Source: Comamonadaceae bacterium
Lineage (GTDB): Bacteria; Pseudomonadota; Gammaproteobacteria; Burkholderiales; Burkholderiaceae_C
Assembly (NCBI GenBank): GCA_947442105.1
Contig: CANEVH010000017.1
Coordinates: forward strand, 2,548 to 66,547
Reading direction: 5' to 3'
Length of the DNA: 64,000 nucleotides
The position numbers and the translations under genes were made by a program. The notes under the pieces are model-generated. The model had not been told where the DNA came from. It was given only the letters and a program-made list of their open reading frames with translations, and made no database searches. Position 1 is the first letter of the stretch. Every line of letters starts with the position of its first letter. This document shows, piece after piece, positions 54,819-63,752 of the stretch.

Positions 54819-56399
54819 ATGCGCAGACGAACCCTTTTGGCACACACTGGCAGGTGGGCTGTGGCCGCCAGCGCTGCGCCTTTTGTGGCGCCCAGCCACG
54901 CGGCGGAACTGGCGCCTGGCACTGCGAACACGGTGTTGGCGCAGCAGTGGCGCGCGGTGTCGCGCATTGGATATGGCCCCAGCGCGCTGCTGCTGGCGGA
55001 ATTGCACGCCGCCCACAACCCGCAGGAATGGGCACTGGCACAAGTTGACCGCGCCCACGCCGCGAGCCAAACGCTCCCGGCCCTGGCGCCCGATGTGCAG
55101 GCAATCAACGCGCCCCTGCCAGAGCTGTTTGCGCAGTGGAAGCGCGAGCGCGAAGCCCGCGCCGCAGCGAACGCAGCCAACACCGCAAACGCCATGGCAC
55201 CAGCCAGCACGCCCGCGATGGCCGAGCCTGCTGCCGCTCCAAAGCCTGTAGCAGCGCCAGCGGCTTTTGATTTTTCAACCGACGCCGGGCCGCTGGAGTT
55301 CAAACGCTTGCAGGTACAAAAAGCGATTGCCTGGCACTTGCGGGCCTGCAGCCAACCGGCCGAAGAAAACCCGCTGCTAGCGCGCATGACCGAGTTTTGG
55401 TTCAACCACTTCAATGTGTCGTCGGGCAAAGGCGAGGTGGGTGTTTTTGTGGGGCATTACCTGATTAACGTGGCGCGCAAGCACGCCTTGGGCCGCTTTG
55501 AGGACTTGCTGCTGGCCAGTGCGCGCCACCCGGCCATGCTGTACTACCTGGACCAGCACCAAAGCGTAGGCCCCGGTTCGGCGGACGCCAAAGGAGGGCA
55601 GCGCGGCCTGAATGAAAACTATGCGCGCGAGCTGATGGAGCTGCACACCCTGGGCTTGGACGGCGGCTACACCCAAGACGACGTGCGTGCGCTGGCCATG
55701 ATTCTGACCGGCTGGACGGTAGGGCCAGAGGCGCCAGACGGTTTTCGTTTTGCGCCGCGCACGCACCAGGGCGGGGCCAAGGTCTTGCTGGGGCAAAGCT
55801 TCAGCACACTGGCCCCGGCCTATGGTGAGAGCGAGGGCCTAGACGCCCTGCGCATGCTGGCGCGCCAGCCCAGCACCGCGCGGCGCGTGTGCACCCGGTT
55901 GGCACAGTTTTTTGTGGCCGACCGCCCGGCCCCGGCCTTGGTGGAGCGCCTACGCCAGACTTTTTTGGCAAGCGAGGGCGACATGCGCGCCGTGCTGCGC
56001 GTGCTGCTGCAGTCGGGCGACTTTTGGGACCCCGGCAATCAGCTCTTCAAAACGCCCTTGGACTTTGCCTGCTCCGCGCTGGCGGGGACCGGTGCGGTAA
56101 CCGACATGCGCAATCTGCAACTCACAAACGGTTTTTTAAGCGGCGCGGGCCAGCCACTGCACGGCTGGCAAACCCCCGATGGCTATACCACCGATGCCGC
56201 CACCTGGATGGTGCCCGAGGCGTTTACCCGCAGGGCAGATTTCGCCATCCGCTTGGTGCAGCAGTCCGGCGACACCTCGCGCTTGCCGGACTTGTTGGCG
56301 CCATTTCTCAGCAGCGCCACGCAAGCCGCCGTGCTGCGGGCGCGCGTTCCGGTGCGCAACGGCCTGCTGCTGGCCAGCCCAGAATTCATGCGCAAATAA
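54819..56399 (+). CDS. DUF1800 family protein with Tat-like signal
   Basis: The start is ATG 54819 (MRRRTLLAHTGRWAVAASAAPFVAPSHA). The region WFNHFNVS...NENYARELMELHTLG is characteristic of DUF1800. Confidence 0.72.
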   Translation: MRRRTLLAHTGRWAVAASAAPFVAPSHAAELAPGTANTVLAQQWRAVSRIGYGPSALLLAELHAAHNPQEWALAQVDRAHAASQTLPALAPDVQAINAPLPELFAQWKREREARAAANAANTANAMAPASTPAMAEPAAAPKPVAAPAAFDFSTDAGPLEFKRLQVQKAIAWHLRACSQPAEENPLLARMTEFWFNHFNVSSGKGEVGVFVGHYLINVARKHALGRFEDLLLASARHPAMLYYLDQHQSVGPGSADAKGGQRGLNENYARELMELHTLGLDGGYTQDDVRALAMILTGWTVGPEAPDGFRFAPRTHQGGAKVLLGQSFSTLAPAYGESEGLDALRMLARQPSTARRVCTRLAQFFVADRPAPALVERLRQTFLASEGDMRAVLRVLLQSGDFWDPGNQLFKTPLDFACSALAGTGAVTDMRNLQLTNGFLSGAGQPLHGWQTPDGYTTDAATWMVPEAFTRRADFAIRLVQQSGDTSRLPDLLAPFLSSATQAAVLRARVPVRNGLLLASPEFMRK

Positions 56400-56415
56400 G
56401 GAGACCCCAACCTTG

Positions 56416-57744
56416 ATGCCAGCCATGACCGCCCCTACCGACAACCCTGCGGATAGCCCTGCGCTGGGCGGCCCGCGCCGGCGCGCCGTTTTGGGCGGGC
56501 TGCTGGCGGGCGGCACTGCGTGGGCTTCGCGTGGGGCCTGGGCGCAGTCCCAAAATGGCGCCGGTGCGGACGGGCGGCTCGTCGTGCTTTTTTTGCGCGG
56601 CGCCTACGATGGGCTCTCCGCCTTGGTACCCTACGCGGACCCTGACTATTACGCGCTGCGGCCCCGCATCGCCATTGCCGCGCCGGACGGCAGCGCGCAG
56701 ACCGCCATCGCCCTGGACGGGCATTTCGCCCTGCACCCGGCGCTGGCCAGCCTGCACGCGGTGTGGCAGCAAGGGGTGCTGGCGGTGGTGCCCGCAGCGG
56801 GCCTGATCGACCCAACCCGGTCGCACTTTGACGCCCAGCACCAGTGGGAGCTGGGCATGCCCGGCAAATCCAGTGTCAGCCAAGGCTGGCTGAACCGCCT
56901 GGCCGCGCTCCCACCCAGCAGGGCGCGGGTGCTGGGCCGCGCCACGGCCATGGGCGTGGGCGAGGCCAATCCCTTTGTCCTGTCGGGCGCCGCACCCACC
57001 CGCCTGGTGCCGCGCGGTGGCGCTGCTGCCAAACCCGGCGTGCTGGCCGATGGAGGCACGCGCGACGCTCTGCTCGCCCTGTATGCAGGGCCTGACGACA
57101 TGTCCCGCACTTTTCGGGCCGGCATGGAAAGCCGCATGCAGACCGCGCAAGGCCTGAGCGAGCAAACGCCCGGCCTCTCGCCCATGGCACCAGACCGGCA
57201 GGAAATGGCCGCAGCCAACAACGGCGCGCCACCGGCACAAGGGCTGCTGCTAGACGCCCAGTACCTGGGCAAACTAATGCGCCAAGACCGCAGCCTGCGC
57301 CTGGGCTTTTTGTCGGTGGGCAACTGGGACACGCATGCCAACCAAGGCGCTGCCACCGGGCAGTTGGCCAATAGCCTCGGCAATTTGGCCCGCACGCTGC
57401 TGCAGTTGCGCAAAGACTTTGACCAGCCCAATGACGTGGTGCTGGTGTGCAGCGAGTTTGGCCGCACCTGCGCCGAAAACGGCACCCGTGGCACCGACCA
57501 CGGCCACGGCAATGCGATGTGGCTCATGGGCAATCGGATGCAAGGCGGGCGCTGGCACGGCCAATGGAGTGGCTTGGCAAGCGGCAATTTGCACGAAGGG
57601 CGCGACCTGCCGGTGCACCACGACTACCGCGCCGTAGTGGCCCAGGTGCTAAGGCGGACCCAAGGGCTGAGCGGCAAAGATTTGGATGTGCTGTTTCCTG
57701 GCATGGCCTGGGACGCGGCGCTGGACCCATTAATGAGAAGCTGA
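56416..57744 (+). CDS. DUF1501 family protein (sulfatase/phosphatase-like fold) with Tat signal
   Basis: The start is ATG 56416. It has the twin-arginine motif GGPRRRAVLGGLLAGG and the C-terminal SEFGRT...NGTRGTDHGHGN typical of DUF1501. Confidence 0.78.
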   Translation: MPAMTAPTDNPADSPALGGPRRRAVLGGLLAGGTAWASRGAWAQSQNGAGADGRLVVLFLRGAYDGLSALVPYADPDYYALRPRIAIAAPDGSAQTAIALDGHFALHPALASLHAVWQQGVLAVVPAAGLIDPTRSHFDAQHQWELGMPGKSSVSQGWLNRLAALPPSRARVLGRATAMGVGEANPFVLSGAAPTRLVPRGGAAAKPGVLADGGTRDALLALYAGPDDMSRTFRAGMESRMQTAQGLSEQTPGLSPMAPDRQEMAAANNGAPPAQGLLLDAQYLGKLMRQDRSLRLGFLSVGNWDTHANQGAATGQLANSLGNLARTLLQLRKDFDQPNDVVLVCSEFGRTCAENGTRGTDHGHGNAMWLMGNRMQGGRWHGQWSGLASGNLHEGRDLPVHHDYRAVVAQVLRRTQGLSGKDLDVLFPGMAWDAALDPLMRS

Positions 57745-59597
57745 TGCAAAAAACACCACCCACCTCCCCCAACACCGGCACCTGGAGCCGCGCCGCGCAA
57801 CAGGTGCGCCGCGTCTGGGCGCTGTCCAAGCCCTATTACTTTTCGGACGAAAAATGGGCCGCGCGCGGCCTGCTGGCGGCCATCGTGGCGCTGAACCTGG
57901 CGCTGGTCTACATGGCGGTGCTGTTCAACGACTGGAACCGGCTGTTTTACGACGCCTTGCAAGAAAAAAACCAGCCGGTGTTTTGGACCCAACTGGGGCG
58001 CTTTAGCTACTTGGCGTGTGCCTTTATCGTGATTGCGGTTTACAAGTTTTACTTGACGCAACTGATGGAGATGCGCTGGCGCAAATGGATGACGCGCACC
58101 ACCTTGCAGCGCTGGCTGTCGCATCAGGCCTTTTACCGCATGGAGCTAGGCCGCTTTGGCGGCAGCGACCCGGCCTTGGGCGGCGCGCCCGACAACCCGG
58201 ACCAGCGCATTGCCGAAGACATCAACCAATTCACCGCGCTGACCACGGGCCTGAGCATGGGGCTCGTCAGTTCGACGGGCACGCTGCTGGTCTTTGTGGG
58301 CATTTTGTGGGGACTGTCGGGTGGCTTTGCGTTCACTGTGGCGGGCAGCGAATACAACATTCCCGGCTTCATGGTCTGGATGGCGCTGCTGTATTGCGCA
58401 GCGGGAAGCTGGATCACCCAGCGCATTGGCCGACCCCAAATTCCACTGAACTTCGAACAGCAACGGGTAGAGGCCGACTTTCGTCACCACATGGTGCGGG
58501 TACGCGAATACAGCGAGTCGATTGCCCTGGACGGCGGCGAGGGCGTCGAGCGCACCCAGCTCGAAGGCCGCTTTGGCGCGGTGCTGGACAACTACCTGCG
58601 GCTTATCAAGGCGCAAAAGAACCTGGTCTGGTTCACCAGCTTTTTTGGCCAGGCGGCGGTGGTGTTTCCGTTTGTGGTGGCCGCGCCCCGCTTTTTCAGC
58701 GGCGCTATTCAGCTCGGAGAGCTGATGCAAATCGCCGGTGCCTTTGACAAGGTGCAAGGGGCGCTCAGTTGGTTTGTCGACAACTACCCTAACCTGGCCA
58801 CCTGGCGCGCCACGACCGACCGGTTGACCAGTTTTGAAGCGTCGCTCGCGCAGATGCGGGCGCACACGGACACGGCGACCAACACAAGCCTGGCAGCCTC
58901 AGGTACTGCGAACATTGCAAGCGGGGCTGCAGCTGCCAGCGTCCAAACGTCCACCGAGCTGCGCACCCAGAACCTGCAAGTCGCGCTGCCCAACGGCGTG
59001 GCGCTGCTGGCGCACACCGCGCTGCGTGCGCACGCCGGTGAACGCGTGCTGCTTCAAGGGCCCTCGGGCGCGGGTAAGAGCACGCTGTTTCGGGCGCTGG
59101 CGGGCATTTGGCCCTTTGCCAGCGGGGAGGTGTCGCGCCCACCAGACGCGATGTTCATCCCCCAGCGCCCCTACTTCCCCAACGGCCCGCTGCGCGACGC
59201 GCTGGCCTACCCTGAGCTTCCCACGCGCTACACCGAGGCGCAACTGCGCAAGGCCCTAGAGGACGCGCTGCTGCCCGATCTGGCCGACCAGCTGGACCAG
59301 TGGAACACCTGGGGGCAAAAGCTCTCGGGCGGCGAACAACAGCGCCTGGCGCTGGCGCGGGTGTTCTTGAAGCAACCGCAATGGGTGTTTGCCGACGAGG
59401 CCACCAGCGCCCTGGACGCGCCCACCGAGGCAATCTTGTACCAGCGCCTGGTGGACATGCTGGCGGCGCGCGGCGGTGGACTGGTGTCGATTGCGCACCG
59501 GCCGGGGGTGGCGGCGTTTCACACCAAGGTTTGGGTGATGGAGCCCACTTTGGCCGGTGCGGACGCGCGGTTTGAGGTGGTGGAGAAGGTGCTTTAA
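57744..59597 (+). CDS. Fused permease/ATPase ABC transporter, YddA / SbmA-BacA-like
   Basis: The start ATG 57744 overlaps the DUF1501 stop (TGATG). It has an N-terminal SbmA_BacA-like TMD, Walker A GPSGAGKST, the signature LSGGEQQRLALAR, and Walker B VFADEATSALD. Confidence 0.85.
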   Translation: MQKTPPTSPNTGTWSRAAQQVRRVWALSKPYYFSDEKWAARGLLAAIVALNLALVYMAVLFNDWNRLFYDALQEKNQPVFWTQLGRFSYLACAFIVIAVYKFYLTQLMEMRWRKWMTRTTLQRWLSHQAFYRMELGRFGGSDPALGGAPDNPDQRIAEDINQFTALTTGLSMGLVSSTGTLLVFVGILWGLSGGFAFTVAGSEYNIPGFMVWMALLYCAAGSWITQRIGRPQIPLNFEQQRVEADFRHHMVRVREYSESIALDGGEGVERTQLEGRFGAVLDNYLRLIKAQKNLVWFTSFFGQAAVVFPFVVAAPRFFSGAIQLGELMQIAGAFDKVQGALSWFVDNYPNLATWRATTDRLTSFEASLAQMRAHTDTATNTSLAASGTANIASGAAAASVQTSTELRTQNLQVALPNGVALLAHTALRAHAGERVLLQGPSGAGKSTLFRALAGIWPFASGEVSRPPDAMFIPQRPYFPNGPLRDALAYPELPTRYTEAQLRKALEDALLPDLADQLDQWNTWGQKLSGGEQQRLALARVFLKQPQWVFADEATSALDAPTEAILYQRLVDMLAARGGGLVSIAHRPGVAAFHTKVWVMEPTLAGADARFEVVEKVL

Positions 59598-59605
59598 CTT
59601 TAAGT

Positions 59606-60095
59606 TTAACTGCCTTCCCCCCCCTATCCCCCCGGCCCCCTTTCCACCCCAGCGGGGTGGAAAGGGGGAGCCAAAGTCCGAATTTGGTTTCTGCGCTTCG
59701 GCTAGGCTTCTACTGGCCTAATGCCTGTGGGTAGGCCAGCAGTAACTAGGAACGGCGCCGTCGCCGCGACGGCTTACGGGGTTTGATCGCAGCAGCCTTT
59801 TGGAAAATTCGTTCTTCGGCGCCGCCGCTACCTACCTCTGCCGCCTTTAGTAGGCGGACACCACTGGGGCTGCCCGCTAGCTAGATGCGGCGCCCGGCTC
59901 GAGGACCGCAGCGCCCAAACCCGTAAAGCCGTCGCGGCGACGGCGCCGCGTGTAAATGTCGCAGGCATACCCACAGGTACCACGCCAGTGGAAGCCTAGC
60001 CGGAGCGCAGAAACCAAATTCGGACTTTGGCCCCCCTCTCGCCCGCTGGGCGAGGGGTTGGGGGAGAGTGGGCAAACCCCACCCACCCGGCAGGG
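59606..60095. repeat. Foldback copy of the structured repeat family: forward unit, roughly 110 nt centre, inverted unit
   Basis: The forward unit has its hairpin at 59636-59668 and the shared gagccaaagtccgaatttggtttctgcgcttcggctaggcttctactgg segment. The reverse-complement copy ends near 60090. The centre shares a 32-nt motif (59819-59850) with 29712-29743. Confidence 0.85.
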
Positions 60096-60137
60096 ATTCA
60101 AAATAAATAGCGCACTCACATGCCCTGCGACAGGCAC

Positions 60138-60854
60138 TTACTCGCAATACGCCTCAAATCCTTTGGCCCGCAAGTCGCAAGCCGGGCAGCCGCCACACCC
60201 GTAGCCCCAGGCATGCCGCTGGCTGCGCTCACCCAAATAGCAAGTGTGGGTGTGCTCCACGATCAGGTCAACTAGGGCCTGACCGCCGCCTTGCGCGTCG
60301 GCCTGCGTGCCCAGGTCGTGGGCCATGCGCCAGGTGGCGGCTTTGTCTATCCACATGAGCGGGGTTTCGATCAAAAAGCGCCGGTCCATGCCCAAGGACA
60401 AGGCGAGTTGCATGGCCTTCATGGTGTCGTCGCGACAGTCGGGGTAGCCGGAAAAATCGGTCTCGCACACGCCGGTGACGATGACTTGCAGGCCCCGGCG
60501 GTAGGCCAGCGCGGCGGCTAGCGTCAAAAACAGCAGGTTGCGGCCGGGCACAAAGCTATTGGGCAGGCCGCTGGCTTCCATGGCGATGGCGGTGTCGCGG
60601 GTGAGGGACGTGTCGCTCACCTCGCCCAGCACCGCCAGGTCGAGCAAATGGTCCTCGCCCAGTTTTGCGGCCCAGGCCGGAAAGCGTGCGCGCAGCGCAC
60701 GCAGCACGTTCAGGCGAGCGTCTAGCTCAATGTGGTGGCGCTGGCGGTAGTCAAAGGCCACGGTTTCCACGCGTTGGTACTTGGACAGCGCGTAGGCCAA
60801 GCAGGTGGTGGAGTCTTGGCCTCCAGAGAACAAAACAAGGGCGGTGGTGTGCAT
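60138..60854 (-). CDS. queC: 7-cyano-7-deazaguanine synthase
   Basis: It has the PP-loop [10 protein letters not shown] and the C-terminal zinc cysteines (CYLG...CGGCPAC). Confidence 0.93.
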   Translation of the reverse strand: MHTTALVLFSGGQDSTTCLAYALSKYQRVETVAFDYRQRHHIELDARLNVLRALRARFPAWAAKLGEDHLLDLAVLGEVSDTSLTRDTAIAMEASGLPNSFVPGRNLLFLTLAAALAYRRGLQVIVTGVCETDFSGYPDCRDDTMKAMQLALSLGMDRRFLIETPLMWIDKAATWRMAHDLGTQADAQGGGQALVDLIVEHTHTCYLGERSQRHAWGYGCGGCPACDLRAKGFEAYCE

Positions 60855-60911
60855 GGGGTGATCTTAGGCCCGCACCAGGCGGACTTGTGTAAATGCGGGC
60901 CTGGGTGAAAG

Positions 60912-61502
60912 CTAGGGCAGGCGCTTGGACAGGGTCTCAAGTTGCGCGGAGAGTTGGCGCACCGCCTGGGTTAGCGCTAGCAGCTCTTGCTCTTTGAGGA
61001 TGTCGATTTTTTCGTGCAGCAGCTCGATTTCCAGCTCGGCCTTGACGTTGATCTCGTAGTCGGTTTGCGCATGGCGGCGGTCGAGTTCGGACTGGCGGTT
61101 CTGGCTCATCATGATGGCCGGCGCTGTGTAGGCAGCCTGAAACGACAGCAGCAGGTTGAGCAAAATGAAGGGGTACGGGTCCCATGCACCGTTGCCTGTG
61201 AGCACATTGCCGGTAATCCACAGCACGATGGCCGTGCTCTGGATGAGGATAAAGCGCCAAGAGCCAATGGTGGCCGCCACCCCGTCGGCCAGGCGCTGGC
61301 CCCGTGTGAGCGGCAGCGCCTCCAGGTGTTGCGCCACCCGCTTGGGCAAGGGCAAGGCAGCATCGGCCCGGTGGCGGTGCGCACGGCGGTGGGCCCGCAG
61401 CAGCGCGAGTTGCGCGCGGTCAACTTTGGCGGCCGCGATGGCAGCAGCGTCCGATGCGGGCAGCGCTGCGGCATTGGCGGGTGGATGGGGGTTGGGGTTC
61501 AT
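60912..61502 (-). CDS. DUF1003 family membrane protein
   Basis: The start is ATG 61502. The motif DPYPFILLNLLLSFQAAYTAPAIMMSQNRQ is followed by a C-terminal coiled-coil. Confidence 0.75.
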   Translation of the reverse strand: MNPNPHPPANAAALPASDAAAIAAAKVDRAQLALLRAHRRAHRHRADAALPLPKRVAQHLEALPLTRGQRLADGVAATIGSWRFILIQSTAIVLWITGNVLTGNGAWDPYPFILLNLLLSFQAAYTAPAIMMSQNRQSELDRRHAQTDYEINVKAELEIELLHEKIDILKEQELLALTQAVRQLSAQLETLSKRLP

Positions 61503-61754
61503 GGCTTTTCCAAAATCTAGATGACCCATTGTGACGACGACGGCCTGCTACGGTGTGAGGCAGGTCGACCGGGCAAGGCGCTGAGTAAGCCCCGTCTAGG
61601 CCCTTTTTCGTCGCCAAAAAACAACATGTCGCCAATAGCGGTAGTAGCAAATCACCCAATCGCGTAGAGTCGCGCCCTGCGGTTTGCGGTGCACGGCTCA
61701 CACGCTGCGCGAACTCTGCATTCCCTTCACCCATCCATCCATCAGGAGAACAAT

Positions 61755-61814
61755 ATGAAAAACAAAACGACCTCTCTGTGGACTGGGTCAGCGGTGGCGG
61801 GACATACCAACTAA
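61755..61814 (+). CDS. Candidate 19-codon leader ORF upstream of rtcB (MKNKTTSLWTGSAVAGHTN)
   Basis: This is my own translation; the ORF is too short for the ORF track. An AGGAGA sits 5 nt upstream of the ATG. The 3' end and stop codon lie inside a terminator-like hairpin. Confidence 0.35.
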   Translation: MKNKTTSLWTGSAVAGHTN

Positions 61815-61832
61815 TCGTCTCCCGCTTTTTTT
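61797..61832 (+). terminator. Terminator/attenuator-like hairpin followed by T7
   Basis: The stem is GCGGGA (61797-61802) paired with TCCCGC (61820-61825), followed by T7 (61826-61832). The loop is large at 17 nt and contains the TAA of the leader ORF. Confidence 0.4.
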
Positions 61833-61850
61833 AGCGCTCTACGGCGCGGT

Positions 61851-61872
61851 GCTTTGCGCTTAAGCGCAAAGC
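61851..61872. promoter_or_regulatory. Perfect 22-nt palindrome GCTTTGCGCTTAAGCGCAAAGC upstream of rtcB
   Basis: Read directly from the sequence, 68 nt upstream of the rtcB ATG. It forms a 9-bp stem with a TTAA loop, or could be a dimeric operator. Confidence 0.4.
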
Positions 61873-61939
61873 AGTGCTGCGTAGGCACGCGCGTCTGTCC
61901 CGGTCCAGTCTCAACTTTGTTTTTGATTCTGGAATTTAC

Positions 61940-63088
61940 ATGGGCAATTTTGTCAAACACGTGTCGGACCGCGCCTGCTTGGTGGCGTCTGACGCAACGT
62001 GGATGGACGACGCTGCAATAGCGCAGCTCGTCACCACATCGCAACTGGAGGGCATGCAGCGCGTAGCAGGCATGCCCGACTTGCACCCTGGGCGCGGCTA
62101 TCCGGTAGGGGCCGCATTCTTCTCAAACAACAAGTTCTACCCCGCTTTGGTGGGCAATGACATTGGCTGCGGCATGGCGCTGTGGCAAACCGACTTGCGC
62201 GCCAGCGCGGTACAGCTCGACAAACTGGAAAAGCGGGTGGGCAATATTGACGGCCCGATGCACGACACGCACGCCGTGGCGCAAGCCATAACTGACGCTG
62301 GCATTCACCCCACCGGATGCGAGGCGTCGCTGGGCACTCTGGGTGGCGGCAACCACTTTGCAGAGTTTCAGCAAGTGGACACGGTGTACGAGCCCGAGGC
62401 GCTGGCCGACTTGGGCATTGACACGCGGCACCTGCTGCTCTTGGTGCACACCGGCTCGCGCGGCTTGGGGGAGCGCATCTTGCGCCAGCAGATGGACGCC
62501 TTTGGCCACAGTGGACTTCTGTCGGATACGCCAGAGGCGCAAGCCTATTTGGCGCAGCATGATGAGGCCCTGCAATTTGCGCGCTGCAACCGCCAGTTGG
62601 TGGCGCAGCGGCTGCTGGCCAATGTGCGGTCTGGGGGCCAGTGCGTGCTGGACGTGCAACACAACTTTGTGGCGCCAGCCACTATCCACGATCAAACCGG
62701 GTGGCTGCACCGCAAGGGCGCCACACCGTCGGACCAAGGGGTGGTGGTAATACCCGGCTCGCGCGGGGACTACAGCTACTTGGTGCGCCCGCTGCGGCTG
62801 TGCCACGACACGCTGCTTTCGCTGGCGCATGGCGCGGGGCGCAAGTGGATTCGTTCGGCCTGCAAAGACCGCTTGTTCAAGCTGATGACGCCCACCCAAA
62901 TGGGCCGCACCGCCCTGGGCAGCCGCGTGATTTGCAATGACAAGCAGCTGATTTACGAAGAGGCGCCGCAGGCCTACAAAGGCGTGGACAGCGTGGTGCA
63001 AGCGCTGGTGGGCGCGGGGCTGGTAGAGCTGCTGGCACGGACCAAACCGGTGCTCACCTACAAAACCCGTGGGGAGTGCTGCGAATGA
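61940..63088 (+). CDS. rtcB: RtcB family RNA 3'-phosphate ligase (PrfH-associated type)
   Basis: The start is ATG 61940 (MGNFVKHV...). It has metal-binding motifs GMPDLHPGRGYPVG, GGGNHFAE and HTGSRGLG. Its stop overlaps the prfH start (ATGA). Confidence 0.9.
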   Translation: MGNFVKHVSDRACLVASDATWMDDAAIAQLVTTSQLEGMQRVAGMPDLHPGRGYPVGAAFFSNNKFYPALVGNDIGCGMALWQTDLRASAVQLDKLEKRVGNIDGPMHDTHAVAQAITDAGIHPTGCEASLGTLGGGNHFAEFQQVDTVYEPEALADLGIDTRHLLLLVHTGSRGLGERILRQQMDAFGHSGLLSDTPEAQAYLAQHDEALQFARCNRQLVAQRLLANVRSGGQCVLDVQHNFVAPATIHDQTGWLHRKGATPSDQGVVVIPGSRGDYSYLVRPLRLCHDTLLSLAHGAGRKWIRSACKDRLFKLMTPTQMGRTALGSRVICNDKQLIYEEAPQAYKGVDSVVQALVGAGLVELLARTKPVLTYKTRGECCE

Positions 63089-63747
63089 TCTTGCTACAAA
63101 TCAGCGCCAACACCGGGCCAGAAGAATGCTGCCTGGCCGTGCGCAAGGCGCTCCAGGTCTTGCTGCGCGAGTGTGCGGATGCCGGTGTGAATGTAGAAGT
63201 GCTGGAAGCAGTGCCCGCAGACAAGCCGGGCAATTTGCGCTCTGTGTTGCTGGCACTCGATGGGCAGGCCGCCGCTGGCGTGGCGCTGCGCTGGCGCGGC
63301 AGCGTGCAGTGGAACTGCGCCAGCCCCTACCGGCCCGCGCACAAGCGCAAAAACTGGTTTATTGGCCTGGAGGTGTTTGAAACTGAAGCGCCCGGTGAAG
63401 CCCATGCTGCGCTGCGCGACAAGGACCTGCGCTTTGAAACCCTGCGTGCCAGCGGCCCCGGTGGCCAGCACGTCAACAAGACCGACTCTGCGGTGCGCGC
63501 CACGCATATCCCCAGCGGCCTGAGCGTGAAAGTGCAAACCGAACGCAGCCAACACGCCAACAAACGCCTGGCCCGCGCACTGTTGGAACACAAGCTCGCC
63601 GCCTTGGCGTCCGACGCCGCCCAAGCCGCCCGCGCCGCGCGCTGGCTACAGCACCACGGGGTGGAGCGGGGCAACGCCGGGCGCGTGTTTCGCGGCGAGT
63701 CGTTCACCGAAATATTCAAGGCGCCTGACGCCCATTCAGAAATTTAA
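63085..63747 (+). CDS. prfH: Peptide chain release factor H
   Basis: The roughly 220 aa RF-like protein lacks the N-terminal RF domain. It has the GGQ motif SGPGGQHVNKTDSAVR. It is translationally coupled to rtcB. Confidence 0.88.
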   Translation: MILLQISANTGPEECCLAVRKALQVLLRECADAGVNVEVLEAVPADKPGNLRSVLLALDGQAAAGVALRWRGSVQWNCASPYRPAHKRKNWFIGLEVFETEAPGEAHAALRDKDLRFETLRASGPGGQHVNKTDSAVRATHIPSGLSVKVQTERSQHANKRLARALLEHKLAALASDAAQAARAARWLQHHGVERGNAGRVFRGESFTEIFKAPDAHSEI

Positions 63748-63752
63748 AAACC

